Source of the DNA: Candidatus Nealsonbacteria bacterium | Lineage (GTDB): Bacteria; Patescibacteriota; Minisyncoccia; Minisyncoccales; PWPS01 | Reading direction: 5' to 3' | Assembly (NCBI GenBank): GCA_003553505.1 | Contig: PWEN01000027.1 | Span: 3,705 to 67,704 of the forward strand | Length of the DNA: 64,000 nucleotides | Part shown: positions 43,316 to 52,611 of the stretch, in pieces | Layout: each line of letters begins with the position of its first letter | Numbering within the stretch: position 1 is the first letter of the stretch | Translations under genes and position numbers: made by a program | Notes under the pieces: model-generated | Database searches by the model: none | What the model saw: only the letters and a program-made list of their open reading frames with translations | What the model was told of the DNA's origin: nothing

Positions 43316-44200
43316 TTATTTGCTTTTTGTCAAACTATATAACAGAGGCCCTGCAAGAAACACGGAAGAGTAGGTTCCTATCGCTATTCCGACAATAAGC
43401 GCAAGCATGAAGTAGAAAAGCGTAGAAGCTCCCATAAGAAGAACGTCAAGAAGTACAAGTATTGTGGTAATAGAAGTGGCAAGAGATCTTCCGAGCGTCT
43501 CCGTAAGACTTCTGTTCACTATCTTGTAAAATCCTTTTTCCGTTCCCCTCTCTAGGTTTTCACGCACCCTGTCAAACACCACCACTGTGTCATTTATAGA
43601 ATATCCAAGAGTAGTTAGTATAGCCACCACAATAGGTATCGTCATCTGCACTCCGTAAAAATGCCCCAAGACAGAGAACAATCCCACCAGTATAAGTACA
43701 TCGTGCAAAATAGCGACTCCCACGGCAACCGCGCCGTATCTGCCAGAGTTTACGAGCTGCTCCCCTCTAAAACTTATAGCAACATAAATAATCACCAGAA
43801 GAGAAGCGATGAGTATAACTGTTACGGATCTACTTCTTAGCTCTTCTCCTACCGCTGGCCCTATCGCTTCAAAGTACTCTTCTTTAGCCCCTTCCATAGC
43901 GGAAGATATCTTTTCATAAGTTTCTTCATCGGCAGAAGAGGTGCGCACAATAAAGCGATCCTCTTCCATGTGTTGCACACGCACATCTTTCACTCCCGCC
44001 TGAACAAGACTCTCTTCTATCTCACTTACAGAGGGACGCTCTTCTTCATAGTATCCCTCAAACACACTTCCACCAGAGAACTCTATTCCCGGATTCACAC
44101 CCCAAAAAAAGAGTGAGAATACGGAAAGTAAAACAAGCAGCAGAGAGAGTGCGTAATAAAACTTCCTGTGTTTTATAAAATCAATAATCTTTATAACCAT
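43316..44200 (-). CDS. secF: Protein translocase subunit SecF
   Basis: GIEFSGGS, 6-TM profile, INDTVVVFDRVRE. Confidence 0.85.
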   Translation of the reverse strand: MVIKIIDFIKHRKFYYALSLLLVLLSVFSLFFWGVNPGIEFSGGSVFEGYYEEERPSVSEIEESLVQAGVKDVRVQHMEEDRFIVRTSSADEETYEKISSAMEGAKEEYFEAIGPAVGEELRSRSVTVILIASLLVIIYVAISFRGEQLVNSGRYGAVAVGVAILHDVLILVGLFSVLGHFYGVQMTIPIVVAILTTLGYSINDTVVVFDRVRENLERGTEKGFYKIVNRSLTETLGRSLATSITTILVLLDVLLMGASTLFYFMLALIVGIAIGTYSSVFLAGPLLYSLTKSK

Positions 44201-45618
44201 AGCTCTTCCTTTTTACCGAGCATACTGTCCGCGGCAAGCATAAGAAGAAAGCGTGTCACTATCATCGCAGAAAACATGCTTACCAAAATACCAAGCATTA
44301 AAGTTACCGCAAATCCTTGCACAAAACTGGTAGCAAACAGAAACAACATCAAAGCAACAATAAGCGTAGTAAAATTCCCGTCCCTTATAGACGGCCAAGC
44401 CCTTCTAAAGCCTTCGTCTAAACTTTCCGTAATACTGTTCCCTTTTCTTATCTCTTCACGTAACCGCGAAAAAATAAGTATATTAGCATCGATCGCCATT
44501 CCCATGGAGAGAATAAAACCTGCTATTCCGGAAAGCGTAAGAGTTATCGGTATAGTCTTAAACAAAGCAACCACTATAAGTCCGTAAAAGAGAAGCGAAA
44601 AGATGGAAAGAAGACCGGGAAGGCGGTAAGCAACCACCATGAACACACATATCGCCAAAAATCCCCAGATCGCCGCCATTACAGAGAGATGTAGAGACCT
44701 CTCTCCAAGAGAAGGTCCGATGCTCTGCTGAGAGATAAGGTTCATAGGAATGGGAAGCGCTTCTTGCAAGCTTCTTGCTATCTCTCTCGCCTCTTCCTGT
44801 TGAAGGTTTCCGCTTATCTGTGCTCTTCCCTCCGTTATCACCTCTTCTACCGTTGCCTGTTGGAGCATCTCATCATCAAGAAAAGTAGCTAAAGGACGAT
44901 CTACGTTGCGCTCTGTTATCTCTCTTAGCATCTCCGCACCCTCGTTATCAAACTCAAGAAGTATCATCGGTCTGTTTGTAGAGTAGTCAACTTCCATTCT
45001 CGCATTACGCAGATTTCCTCCTGTAAGCCCCGTAGGCTCAAAAAGATCATCGGAAAGAAGTATTTCAAGCCCCTCAAACTCTTCCTCTTGCAGTAGTGCA
45101 AAATCTTCTTCCGTAAACTCCCTAAACGGCTTTCCTATTATCTCTTCCGCCTCCTCTTCTCTTTCTTCTCTTTCCTGTTCAACACCCTCCGGTATTTCAC
45201 GAAACTCAAGAAAAGGAGTCTCTCCTATTTTGCCTATCGCTTCTTCTAGGTCATGAACTCCGGGAATTTCCACCACGAGACGCTCTCCCTTAACCTGCAC
45301 AGCAGTCTCTCCTATTCCAAATATATCTATACGCCGCTCTATTACGTTGCGCAAGCCCTGCATACGTTCTCCTACTTCGTGCTCCGGGACGTCACTAAGG
45401 TCCGCCTCATAAAGGAGGTATGCTCCACCCTGAAGATCAAGTCCTAATTGAAAATCTCTCTCTTCCATCTGTGGAAGCGAGAGGTGCGCTTTATCGTTTA
45501 AAAACTCTATCCCGCGATTAATATGCGCGGGAAAAATTGCCATATAAGCGAGAAACGCTAGAAATATCAGCAGTATTGCCGTTACTTTCTTTTTAGTCAT
45601 ATTTTTTGAGTATAACAC
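44191..45618 (-). CDS. secD: Protein translocase subunit SecD
   Basis: LGLDLQGG, periplasmic domain, C-terminal 5 TM with DANILIFSRLREE. Confidence 0.85.
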   Translation of the reverse strand: MLYSKNMTKKKVTAILLIFLAFLAYMAIFPAHINRGIEFLNDKAHLSLPQMEERDFQLGLDLQGGAYLLYEADLSDVPEHEVGERMQGLRNVIERRIDIFGIGETAVQVKGERLVVEIPGVHDLEEAIGKIGETPFLEFREIPEGVEQEREEREEEAEEIIGKPFREFTEEDFALLQEEEFEGLEILLSDDLFEPTGLTGGNLRNARMEVDYSTNRPMILLEFDNEGAEMLREITERNVDRPLATFLDDEMLQQATVEEVITEGRAQISGNLQQEEAREIARSLQEALPIPMNLISQQSIGPSLGERSLHLSVMAAIWGFLAICVFMVVAYRLPGLLSIFSLLFYGLIVVALFKTIPITLTLSGIAGFILSMGMAIDANILIFSRLREEIRKGNSITESLDEGFRRAWPSIRDGNFTTLIVALMLFLFATSFVQGFAVTLMLGILVSMFSAMIVTRFLLMLAADSMLGKKEELWL

Positions 45619-45635
45619 TTTTTCTTGTCCTGGTC

Positions 45636-45669
45636 AAAAAAGGAGGGAGGACCTGAAACAAGTCCTCCC
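45636..45669 (-). terminator. Rho-independent terminator-like hairpin between the small membrane gene and secD
   Basis: gggaggac (45645..45652) / gtcctccc (45662..45669), followed on the minus strand by UCCUUUUUUG. Confidence 0.5.
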
Positions 45670-45683
45670 TTGTTAAAAGGAAG

Positions 45684-46052
45684 TTACATGCGGAAAGATC
45701 TTATCATGATCCATAGCCCAATCAAGGCAAAGCCCATGACAAGAAGCATTCCCAGCAAATCTGGCTCTACAAGGTACAAAACCAATATGGCCGCTGCAAC
45801 GACCAAATAAGGTGCAAGAGACCTTATGGTTTTCTTTATGCTGTCTCTCATTCCGTGGAATATATCCGGAATGGCAAGTCCCAGCATAATGCACCCTGCT
45901 ACAGAGAGAATAGTCAAGAGAGGATCCCAGTAAAAGAATCCCCACGCTCCGACCGCCCCAATCGCCAGCAGCGCAATAAACTGCCACACGAGGCGCACTG
46001 TAAGGCGGAAAAGAAGCGCAAAAGCTATCACGGTTAATACTATCAGTTCCAT
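45684..46052 (-). CDS. Small integral membrane protein (4 TM)
   Basis: 122 aa and hydrophobic throughout. Preferred over the overlapping Cys/Arg-rich frame 45673..46071. Confidence 0.5.
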   Translation of the reverse strand: MELIVLTVIAFALLFRLTVRLVWQFIALLAIGAVGAWGFFYWDPLLTILSVAGCIMLGLAIPDIFHGMRDSIKKTIRSLAPYLVVAAAILVLYLVEPDLLGMLLVMGFALIGLWIMIRSFRM

Positions 46053-46116
46053 TGCAACCTCCTTTTCTCAAAAATGAACTGTTATGACTTAATTATGACA
46101 CAAAAGTGTGTTTATG

Positions 46117-46989
46117 TCAATTAATCTCTCTTTCTTCTTTGCTTTTCATTAAAATACACTCTACCCCTAAGTCTTCCACTCCTTTTTTAAACCCCTTGCT
46201 GTCAGCGGGAATCATGTTTTTGCCCCACATAAAGTAGTCATAGTGACAAGGAATAACCTTTTTTGGTTGCATTAAACGTACAGCTTCAACAGACTTGCTT
46301 TCATTCATAGTGTTTCTAAGCAAAATGCCTCCTATAGGAATCATTAACAAGTCAGGACTCATTCCTTTCCACTCTTCTTGTAAAAGAGTATCTCCAAGGT
46401 TAATAACCGATCTCTCCCCTACTTTGATTTCAAATCCTATAGAACCTTTTGCAAAATTAATATTGTCTTTCTCCATTCTTAATAGCCCGAAAAGAAACCT
46501 GATCGTTCCGTGATTTTTTACTTCCCCTGCTTCCTCTTTTTTATAAATCCTCTTTGAGAAAAGAAATATCTCTCTTTTAGGATGATCCCCTTCTGTTAAG
46601 TAAGCTTTCATTTCAAACACTCCCCATCCCAAGCTTATCTTAAAAGGACCATGTTTTGTCTTTACTCCTCTTACCTTTACTTCCCCGAGATCAACAAAAT
46701 CATCTACACCAATCACATATAAGTTCTCAACTCCTTTTTTATAAAACTCTTCAGACAACTCTTCTCCACAAAAAACCTTTGCACCGGTTTTCTTGGCCAT
46801 AGAGATAGCATAACCAAAGTGATCAAAATCACCATGAGTAACAAAGATATGCGTAACACCTTCCCATTCTGATTTAGGGATTAAACTGTAAGGTTTAATT
46901 AAAAAAAGACCCGTTCCCGGGTCAATAGCAATCTTTGCTTTTCCTTTTTCAATAATAAAAGCGTTTAGTCCGTAATATCTTATCTTCAT
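46117..46989 (-). CDS. MBL-fold metallo-hydrolase
   Basis: FVTHGDFDHFG (HxHxDH-type motif), 290 aa. Confidence 0.7.
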   Translation of the reverse strand: MKIRYYGLNAFIIEKGKAKIAIDPGTGLFLIKPYSLIPKSEWEGVTHIFVTHGDFDHFGYAISMAKKTGAKVFCGEELSEEFYKKGVENLYVIGVDDFVDLGEVKVRGVKTKHGPFKISLGWGVFEMKAYLTEGDHPKREIFLFSKRIYKKEEAGEVKNHGTIRFLFGLLRMEKDNINFAKGSIGFEIKVGERSVINLGDTLLQEEWKGMSPDLLMIPIGGILLRNTMNESKSVEAVRLMQPKKVIPCHYDYFMWGKNMIPADSKGFKKGVEDLGVECILMKSKEEREIN

Positions 46990-46990
46990 T

Positions 46991-48613
46991 TTATGACGAC
47001 CCCATTACTCTTACCATGGAACAGTAGCGCTCCAGTTCTTTTGTTACTTTTTCATTTAAAACGGCATCCACCTCTAAAAAGAAGTAGTAATCCCAAGGCC
47101 TCAGATGAGAAGGAACGGAGTGTAGCGAGGTAAGATTTAGTTCGTGCTGTGCAAAAACGTGAAGTATGTCACGTAACACCCCCACTCTGTCATAAACCGC
47201 AAGAAGCAGAAGCGTTCTTCCGGAAGAAGGGTGCTTTACATCCCTGGCTATAAAATAAAACTTGGTGATATTGTCTTTATTGTCTTCTATTCCTTCTTCG
47301 GAAACAGACATATCATACACCTCTCCCGCTATACGGGGAGCTATAAATCCCGTCTCCTCTCCTCTTTCTTCTTTCATAGGAGCAGTGGTGGAAGAAGACT
47401 CTTTAAACTGCACACCGGGTAAGTTTCTCTCTACCCAGCGACGACACTGACGAAACGCTTGGGGATGTGTTTCTATCACCCTCACCTTCTCTTTGTCTCC
47501 AAAAAAGCACTGACTGATACTTATCTCACACGACCCAGCCACCTTTAAAGGATAGTCAATGAGGCAGTTTATCGTTTCTGACACTACACCTTCCGTAGTA
47601 TTCTCTGCAGGAACCACTCCTATCTCCACTCTTCCGGAGTTAACCGCCTCAAAAACATCACGTATCGTTGAACAAGCAACATGACGATCCGAAAAAGTGT
47701 TTGCTGCCTGATGGGAAAAGGTTCCTTCCGGTCCCAAAAAAGCAGTAAGAGCACCCTTTATCTGTGAAGCCCCTCGCGCAGCGCGCGTTCTCACAGGTTG
47801 ACTCTCCACTACACTCAAAACTTCATTTGACTTTGCCTCCGCCACCTTCTTGAAGCCTTCAAGAGAGCTAGAAGTCTTTTTGAATATCTCTTTGAATCCT
47901 TCTCTGTCCTTTTCTTCCACCTTACGCGCTAAGTCACGTACTTGATCTTCAAACTCACGCATAATTTCGGGGAAATAAGGGTTGCCTATCTCCAGCTCCG
48001 CATAAAGGTCAGGACTTTGAGATAACACTCTTCCTAATATAAGGCTTTGCAAACGAAAAACAGGTGTCAAGAAGGAGTCGTTTATCTCGTGAAGAGTTAT
48101 CGTACGTGCCAAGCTGATGTTTGCAAAGTGTACCAGTGCTTGTATGAGAGCCATCTGCTTGTCATGCTCTTGTGCATCAATCTCGATGATCTCCGCCCCT
48201 TCTTTCTTGAACATACTTTTCATAAAATCGGTAAGCTCTCCTTCTTTCCCGGCAGAACAAAATACCACGTTTTGACCTTTCAAGCTACTTGCCAGCGGAC
48301 CAAAAAGAGGATGAATACCAACACACTCCGAACGACAATCCTTCATAGCGGAAACAGGACCTTTCTTAAGAGAGGCAATATCACAGAGAAGCGCATCCTC
48401 TCTCATATTTTCCTTTACTTCCTCTATTACTTCTTTTGTATGCAAAAGAGGTACAGAGACAATAACTATATCGCTACGAGAGGCAAGATCAGAGTTTGAG
48501 AGCTTTGTGCCGTAATCAGAGACAATAACATCAAAGCCACGAGACAGAAAAAAGTCTTTAAACCAACACCCCATTCTTCCTTCACCTCCTATTATTCCGA
48601 TTTTTTTACGCAT
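46991..48613 (-). CDS. Fused prephenate dehydrogenase (TyrA) / prephenate dehydratase (PheA) with ACT domain
   Basis: N-terminal half: KIGIIGGEGRMGCWF, IVSVP, GIHPLFGP, EHDKQMALIQALVHF. C-terminal half: FLGPEGTFSHQAA, ITKFYFIA, and an ACT-like end LNLTSLHSVPS...WDYYFFLEV. Confidence 0.75.
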   Translation of the reverse strand: MRKKIGIIGGEGRMGCWFKDFFLSRGFDVIVSDYGTKLSNSDLASRSDIVIVSVPLLHTKEVIEEVKENMREDALLCDIASLKKGPVSAMKDCRSECVGIHPLFGPLASSLKGQNVVFCSAGKEGELTDFMKSMFKKEGAEIIEIDAQEHDKQMALIQALVHFANISLARTITLHEINDSFLTPVFRLQSLILGRVLSQSPDLYAELEIGNPYFPEIMREFEDQVRDLARKVEEKDREGFKEIFKKTSSSLEGFKKVAEAKSNEVLSVVESQPVRTRAARGASQIKGALTAFLGPEGTFSHQAANTFSDRHVACSTIRDVFEAVNSGRVEIGVVPAENTTEGVVSETINCLIDYPLKVAGSCEISISQCFFGDKEKVRVIETHPQAFRQCRRWVERNLPGVQFKESSSTTAPMKEERGEETGFIAPRIAGEVYDMSVSEEGIEDNKDNITKFYFIARDVKHPSSGRTLLLLAVYDRVGVLRDILHVFAQHELNLTSLHSVPSHLRPWDYYFFLEVDAVLNEKVTKELERYCSMVRVMGSS

Positions 48614-48643
48614 ACAAGAATCATAGCAAACTTTTGCAACAAT

Positions 48644-48670
48644 TAAAAAGGCCTCGAATCTCTTCGAGGC
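48644..48670 (-). terminator. Rho-independent terminator (bidirectional shape)
   Basis: gcctcgaa (48651..48658) / ttcgaggc (48663..48670), flanked by A- and T-runs. Confidence 0.6.
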
Positions 48671-48678
48671 TTTTTTTC

Positions 48679-49008
48679 TTAAACCTTTTTTGGCTCATGG
48701 AACCACTCTCCTTTCTTTAGGAAAATGACTCCCTTGGCCGCATTTATAGCATCTTCCCACTCTACGTAGGGGCAAAAGAATCCTCTCACTCTGGCGGGAG
48801 AGCATCCCACGGGAGTACCACCAATGTGAATAACAGCGGGGCGCCTTAGAAGGTCCGCCGCAGAAAGATAGAAGTAGTAAAAAAGATAATCTTCCGCCGC
48901 AACAACGATAACTCCGGGAGCTATCTCATAAAAGTTTCCGGTAAAGTTGTCGCCAGAAAACAACTCAAAGTTACGACGTACCTCCCTTGAAAGTGCATGA
49001 CTATCCAT
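48679..49008 (-). CDS. Hypothetical protein, paralogue of 49014..49379
   Basis: 109 aa. Shares FSG-x8-Y-x-IAPGV-x-VV with its neighbour. Confidence 0.5.
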   Translation of the reverse strand: MDSHALSREVRRNFELFSGDNFTGNFYEIAPGVIVVAAEDYLFYYFYLSAADLLRRPAVIHIGGTPVGCSPARVRGFFCPYVEWEDAINAAKGVIFLKKGEWFHEPKKV

Positions 49009-49013
49009 CTATT

Positions 49014-49379
49014 CTACTCCTCTATTAGTTTCTGCTTAAATTTCGCGGGACTCCGGAAGAAATCCAGACTTTCTCCGTTTCTTTGCTGCAGAGCGCCGTT
49101 TACTTTGCCTATAATGCTTTTCCAATCGATCCTTGTTTTCCAAGCAAGACCGTAAATCTTGCCCTTTTTTTCATTGTTAATTTTCCAGCCATTTGCCGCT
49201 CCCTCCTTTACAACTACTTTTGAAGATTCAAAAAAGCAGTGCCAAACACCTCCTTTTTCTGGGACAACAACAACGACTCCGGGAGCAATAACGTAAATAC
49301 TTCTGCTCTCATATCCGGAAAAAATCTTGCTCATGCGCGACAGATGCATGATCGCTTCACTTATGGCATCCATAAGCAC
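49014..49379 (-). CDS. Hypothetical protein, paralogue of 48679..49008
   Basis: 121 aa. Contains FSGYESRSIYVIAPGVVVVVPE. Confidence 0.5.
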   Translation of the reverse strand: MLMDAISEAIMHLSRMSKIFSGYESRSIYVIAPGVVVVVPEKGGVWHCFFESSKVVVKEGAANGWKINNEKKGKIYGLAWKTRIDWKSIIGKVNGALQQRNGESLDFFRSPAKFKQKLIEE

Positions 49380-49446
49380 CTCCTTGTTTTATAAGGTTCA
49401 AGACGTAAGTAACGTTATTAAAACATATTTTTTATTAAAAATCAAC

Positions 49447-49743
49447 CTAGTGTATGCGAAACTCCACCACCTTTACTTCTTTCGTGGGGTCCATGCTTTG
49501 GCGCTCACACTCACGCAACACTTTTTCTGTATCACAGAAACCCCTCTCCTCCATCTCTTGCGGTGCGATTTCATACGTCTCCACCACCTGCGCTTCCGCA
49601 AAACTGGTTTCCGTTCCACTGTTTATAAAATTGAGATGATCACCGATCTGTATGTTTTGATCATCAGAAGAAAGACACAAGAACTCTCTATTGCCGCTCA
49701 AGATCTCTTGTACTTCTCCCTGATCAAAGTATAGCTCTTTCAT
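49447..49743 (-). CDS. Small ASCH/PUA-like domain protein (tentative)
   Basis: The ATG at 49743 overlaps the secA TGA (ATGA). MKELYFDQGEVQEILSGNRE...IGDHLNF pattern. The assignment is weak. Confidence 0.4.
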   Translation of the reverse strand: MKELYFDQGEVQEILSGNREFLCLSSDDQNIQIGDHLNFINSGTETSFAEAQVVETYEIAPQEMEERGFCDTEKVLRECERQSMDPTKEVKVVEFRIH

Positions 49744-52193
49744 TTTCCACAACACTTTTTATATTTATTTCCACTACCGCAAGGACAAGGATCGTTCCTT
49801 CCCGCCGCCGCTTGCGGTTTTGCTTTTATAGTAACACGCGATCTCTCTGCAGGACGTGTGCTCTTGACGCGAAATATCCTTTCCGTGATCTCTTTGTCTA
49901 TACTTTCCATGAGATGATTAAAGTAGTACTGTCCCTCTCTCTTGTACTCGATCAACGGATCACGTTGACCGTACGCACGCAGACGCACCGACTCACGTAA
50001 CTCGTCCATCATGGAAAGATGCTCTTTCCATAGAAAATCCATCGTGTGCAAAGCTACAAACTTTTCCACTTTACGCATATTCTCTTCTCCCAGCTCCTTC
50101 TCTTTCTCTTTATACTCTTTCTCCGTACGTCCCTGCCTTTTTATTATATCAATCATGAAAGAGCGTAGATCACCTTCTCTGCGCAAAATCTCGTCTCTCA
50201 TGGAGTAAAACTTATTACGGTGTTTGAAAAGCACTTCATCATACTGCAAAATGTGCTTTCGAGCATCAAAGTGACGCCCCTCCACTTTCTTTTGAGCGGA
50301 CTCTATTACGTTTGAAACAAACTTCATATCTATCGCCTGCTCCTCGGGAAGATTGAAGCGATCCATAAGGTCCTGTATCTTCTCTCCCGCAAATATTCGC
50401 ATAAGATCATCTTCCAGAGATACGTAGAACTGACTCTCTCCGGGATCTCCTTGCCTTCCACACCTACCACGTAGCTGATCATCTATTCTTCTTGCTTCGT
50501 GACGCTCCGTGCCGAGAACAAAAAGGCCTCCTGCCTGACGCACTTTTTCCGCTTCTTCTTTGTCGGGAGGATTACCACCCAAGATTATATCCACTCCTCT
50601 TCCCGCCATGTTCGTGGCCACCGTAACAGCACCAAAACGTCCCGCCTGCGCAATTATCTCCGCTTCTTTTTCATGATTCTTGGCGTTAAGTAGACGGTGC
50701 TCCACTCCTTCTCTTTTAAGCATCTGTGATAATGTCTCGTTTTTCTCTATAGAGATAGTTCCGATAAGCACCGGTTGACCATTGGAGTGTCTCTTTTTAA
50801 CTTCTTCCACTACAGCATTGAACTTTGCTTTCTCTGTTTTATACACTCTATCCGAAAGAGATCTTCTTATAAGTGGCTTGTTTGTCGGTATAACCACCAC
50901 TTCCAGTCCATACACCTTAAACAACTCTTCCGCAGAAGTCTCCGCTGTGCCGGTCATACCCGCAAGACCTTCATACATGCGAAAAAGATTCTGGAAAGTA
51001 ACACTTGCCATGGTGTCCGACTCCGGCTTTATCTCCAACCCCTCTTTTGCTTCCAGTGCTTGGTGCAGTCCTCCGGACCACCTTCTTCCGGGCATGAGCC
51101 TTCCCGTGGAATCGTCTACAATAATTATCTCGCCATTTTTTATGACGTAGTGTATATCCCTTTCATAGAGCGGTTTTCCCGTTTCCGCACTCTTTGCCTG
51201 TGCACGGAGAGCCTGTTCTAGGTGATGCAAAGAGTTTATACCCTTCTCTTCATATATATTGTCCACCCCCAACATGTCCTCCACCTTTTTAATGCCTTCC
51301 TCTGTGAGCGTAACGGTCTTCTCTTTCTCTTTTACTTCGTAGTCCTGTACAGCAACAAGCTTGGGAACAAGACGAGAAAAGTCAAGATACATCTGCTTCT
51401 TATTCTTGAACTCTTCACCTTCTTCCGGCACGGATATAACAAGGGGCGTGCGTGCTTCGTCTATGAGGATAGAGTCCCCCTCGTCCACGATGGCATAATT
51501 AAATCCACGTTGCACACGGTCCTCAAGGCTCATGACCATATTGTCCCTTAAGTAGTCAAACCCAAACTGATTGTTTGTTCCGTAAGTTATATCAGCGCCA
51601 TAAGCCTCCTTGCGCGTGCAAGGACGCAGGAAATCCTCTTCCACTCGAAAAGATCCCAGCGTATCTCTGACATCATCTTTCTCTTCTTCGGTTCCCGATT
51701 TGTACTCCGGATCGTAAATAAAGGACTGTTTATCATTTATGCAAGCAACACTAAGTCCCAAGTAGTGATATATCTGTCCCATCCACACCGTGTCCCTGCG
51801 AGCAAGATAGTCGTTCACCGTAATTATGTGCACTCCTTTCCCGGGCAGGGCATTGAGATAAGCGGGAAGCGTGGCGGCAAGCGTTTTTCCTTCACCGGTC
51901 TTCATCTCCGCTATCTTTCCTTGGTGAAGAGCTACTCCTCCAATAACCTGCGAGTCGTAGTGAAACTGATCAAGCGTCCTTCTTGCGGTTTCACGTACCA
52001 AAGAAAAAGCTTCCGTAAGAAGGTCATCTAACGGTTCTTTTTGAGAGCGCTCTCTTAACTTATTTGACCTTTCCAGCATCTCTTCCGAAGAGAGATCTTC
52101 TAAGTTCTCGGCGTTTATGTTGTCCAGCAGGGGTTGTATCTTCTTTAGCTGTTTTTCATTGGGATCCCCGAATATTTTCTTTAAAAAAGACAT
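49740..52193 (-). CDS. secA: Preprotein translocase ATPase SecA
   Basis: MKTGEGKTL, DEGDSILIDEARTPL, TNMAGRGVDI, and the C-terminal Zn motif CPCGSGNKYKKCCG. Confidence 0.95.
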   Translation of the reverse strand: MSFLKKIFGDPNEKQLKKIQPLLDNINAENLEDLSSEEMLERSNKLRERSQKEPLDDLLTEAFSLVRETARRTLDQFHYDSQVIGGVALHQGKIAEMKTGEGKTLAATLPAYLNALPGKGVHIITVNDYLARRDTVWMGQIYHYLGLSVACINDKQSFIYDPEYKSGTEEEKDDVRDTLGSFRVEEDFLRPCTRKEAYGADITYGTNNQFGFDYLRDNMVMSLEDRVQRGFNYAIVDEGDSILIDEARTPLVISVPEEGEEFKNKKQMYLDFSRLVPKLVAVQDYEVKEKEKTVTLTEEGIKKVEDMLGVDNIYEEKGINSLHHLEQALRAQAKSAETGKPLYERDIHYVIKNGEIIIVDDSTGRLMPGRRWSGGLHQALEAKEGLEIKPESDTMASVTFQNLFRMYEGLAGMTGTAETSAEELFKVYGLEVVVIPTNKPLIRRSLSDRVYKTEKAKFNAVVEEVKKRHSNGQPVLIGTISIEKNETLSQMLKREGVEHRLLNAKNHEKEAEIIAQAGRFGAVTVATNMAGRGVDIILGGNPPDKEEAEKVRQAGGLFVLGTERHEARRIDDQLRGRCGRQGDPGESQFYVSLEDDLMRIFAGEKIQDLMDRFNLPEEQAIDMKFVSNVIESAQKKVEGRHFDARKHILQYDEVLFKHRNKFYSMRDEILRREGDLRSFMIDIIKRQGRTEKEYKEKEKELGEENMRKVEKFVALHTMDFLWKEHLSMMDELRESVRLRAYGQRDPLIEYKREGQYYFNHLMESIDKEITERIFRVKSTRPAERSRVTIKAKPQAAAGRNDPCPCGSGNKYKKCCGK

Positions 52194-52194
52194 A

Positions 52195-52578
52195 CTACTT
52201 ATTTCTCTTTTCTTTCGCTTCCTTTCCTCCTTTCTTGGAGAGGTCTTGTACCTTCTCCTTGTACCGTCTTACCGCTTTCTCCAAACTTTCACGCGTTTTA
52301 TCAATAGACTCCCTGAGGGTTTCCGCACTCCCTTCCGCTCTTATCGTCTTGCGGGGAAGCTTTAGATGAACCTCTGTGCGATACTCTGCTCCGGCAACCT
52401 GTTCTAGTTCTACCTCCATAATGATGCGATCCGCTTTCTCGCCTATCTTCTCTCTGTCCTCTTCTTCTTTCTCTACCATGTGAGGAATAAAGCGCGTCAC
52501 AGAAAATAACTTCTTTTCTACATACTCTTTCACGTACTCGGAAACTTCTACATTTTTTGATCTTATTGATATCTCCAT
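52195..52578 (-). CDS. hpf: Ribosome hibernation promoting factor / RaiA family
   Basis: MEISIRSKNVEVSEYVKEYVEKKL...EVHLKL pattern. 127 aa. Confidence 0.8.
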   Translation of the reverse strand: MEISIRSKNVEVSEYVKEYVEKKLFSVTRFIPHMVEKEEEDREKIGEKADRIIMEVELEQVAGAEYRTEVHLKLPRKTIRAEGSAETLRESIDKTRESLEKAVRRYKEKVQDLSKKGGKEAKEKRNK

Positions 52579-52611
52579 ATATTTTAATATTAGTTTTTGT
52601 TTATTTTACCA

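Noticed and set aside
45673-46071. 132-aa ORF overlapping 45684..46052 in another frame on the same strand.
   Set aside because: Its product is Cys/Arg/Gly-rich with no hydrophobic periodicity. The alternative frame gives a clean 4-TM protein, so only that one was kept.
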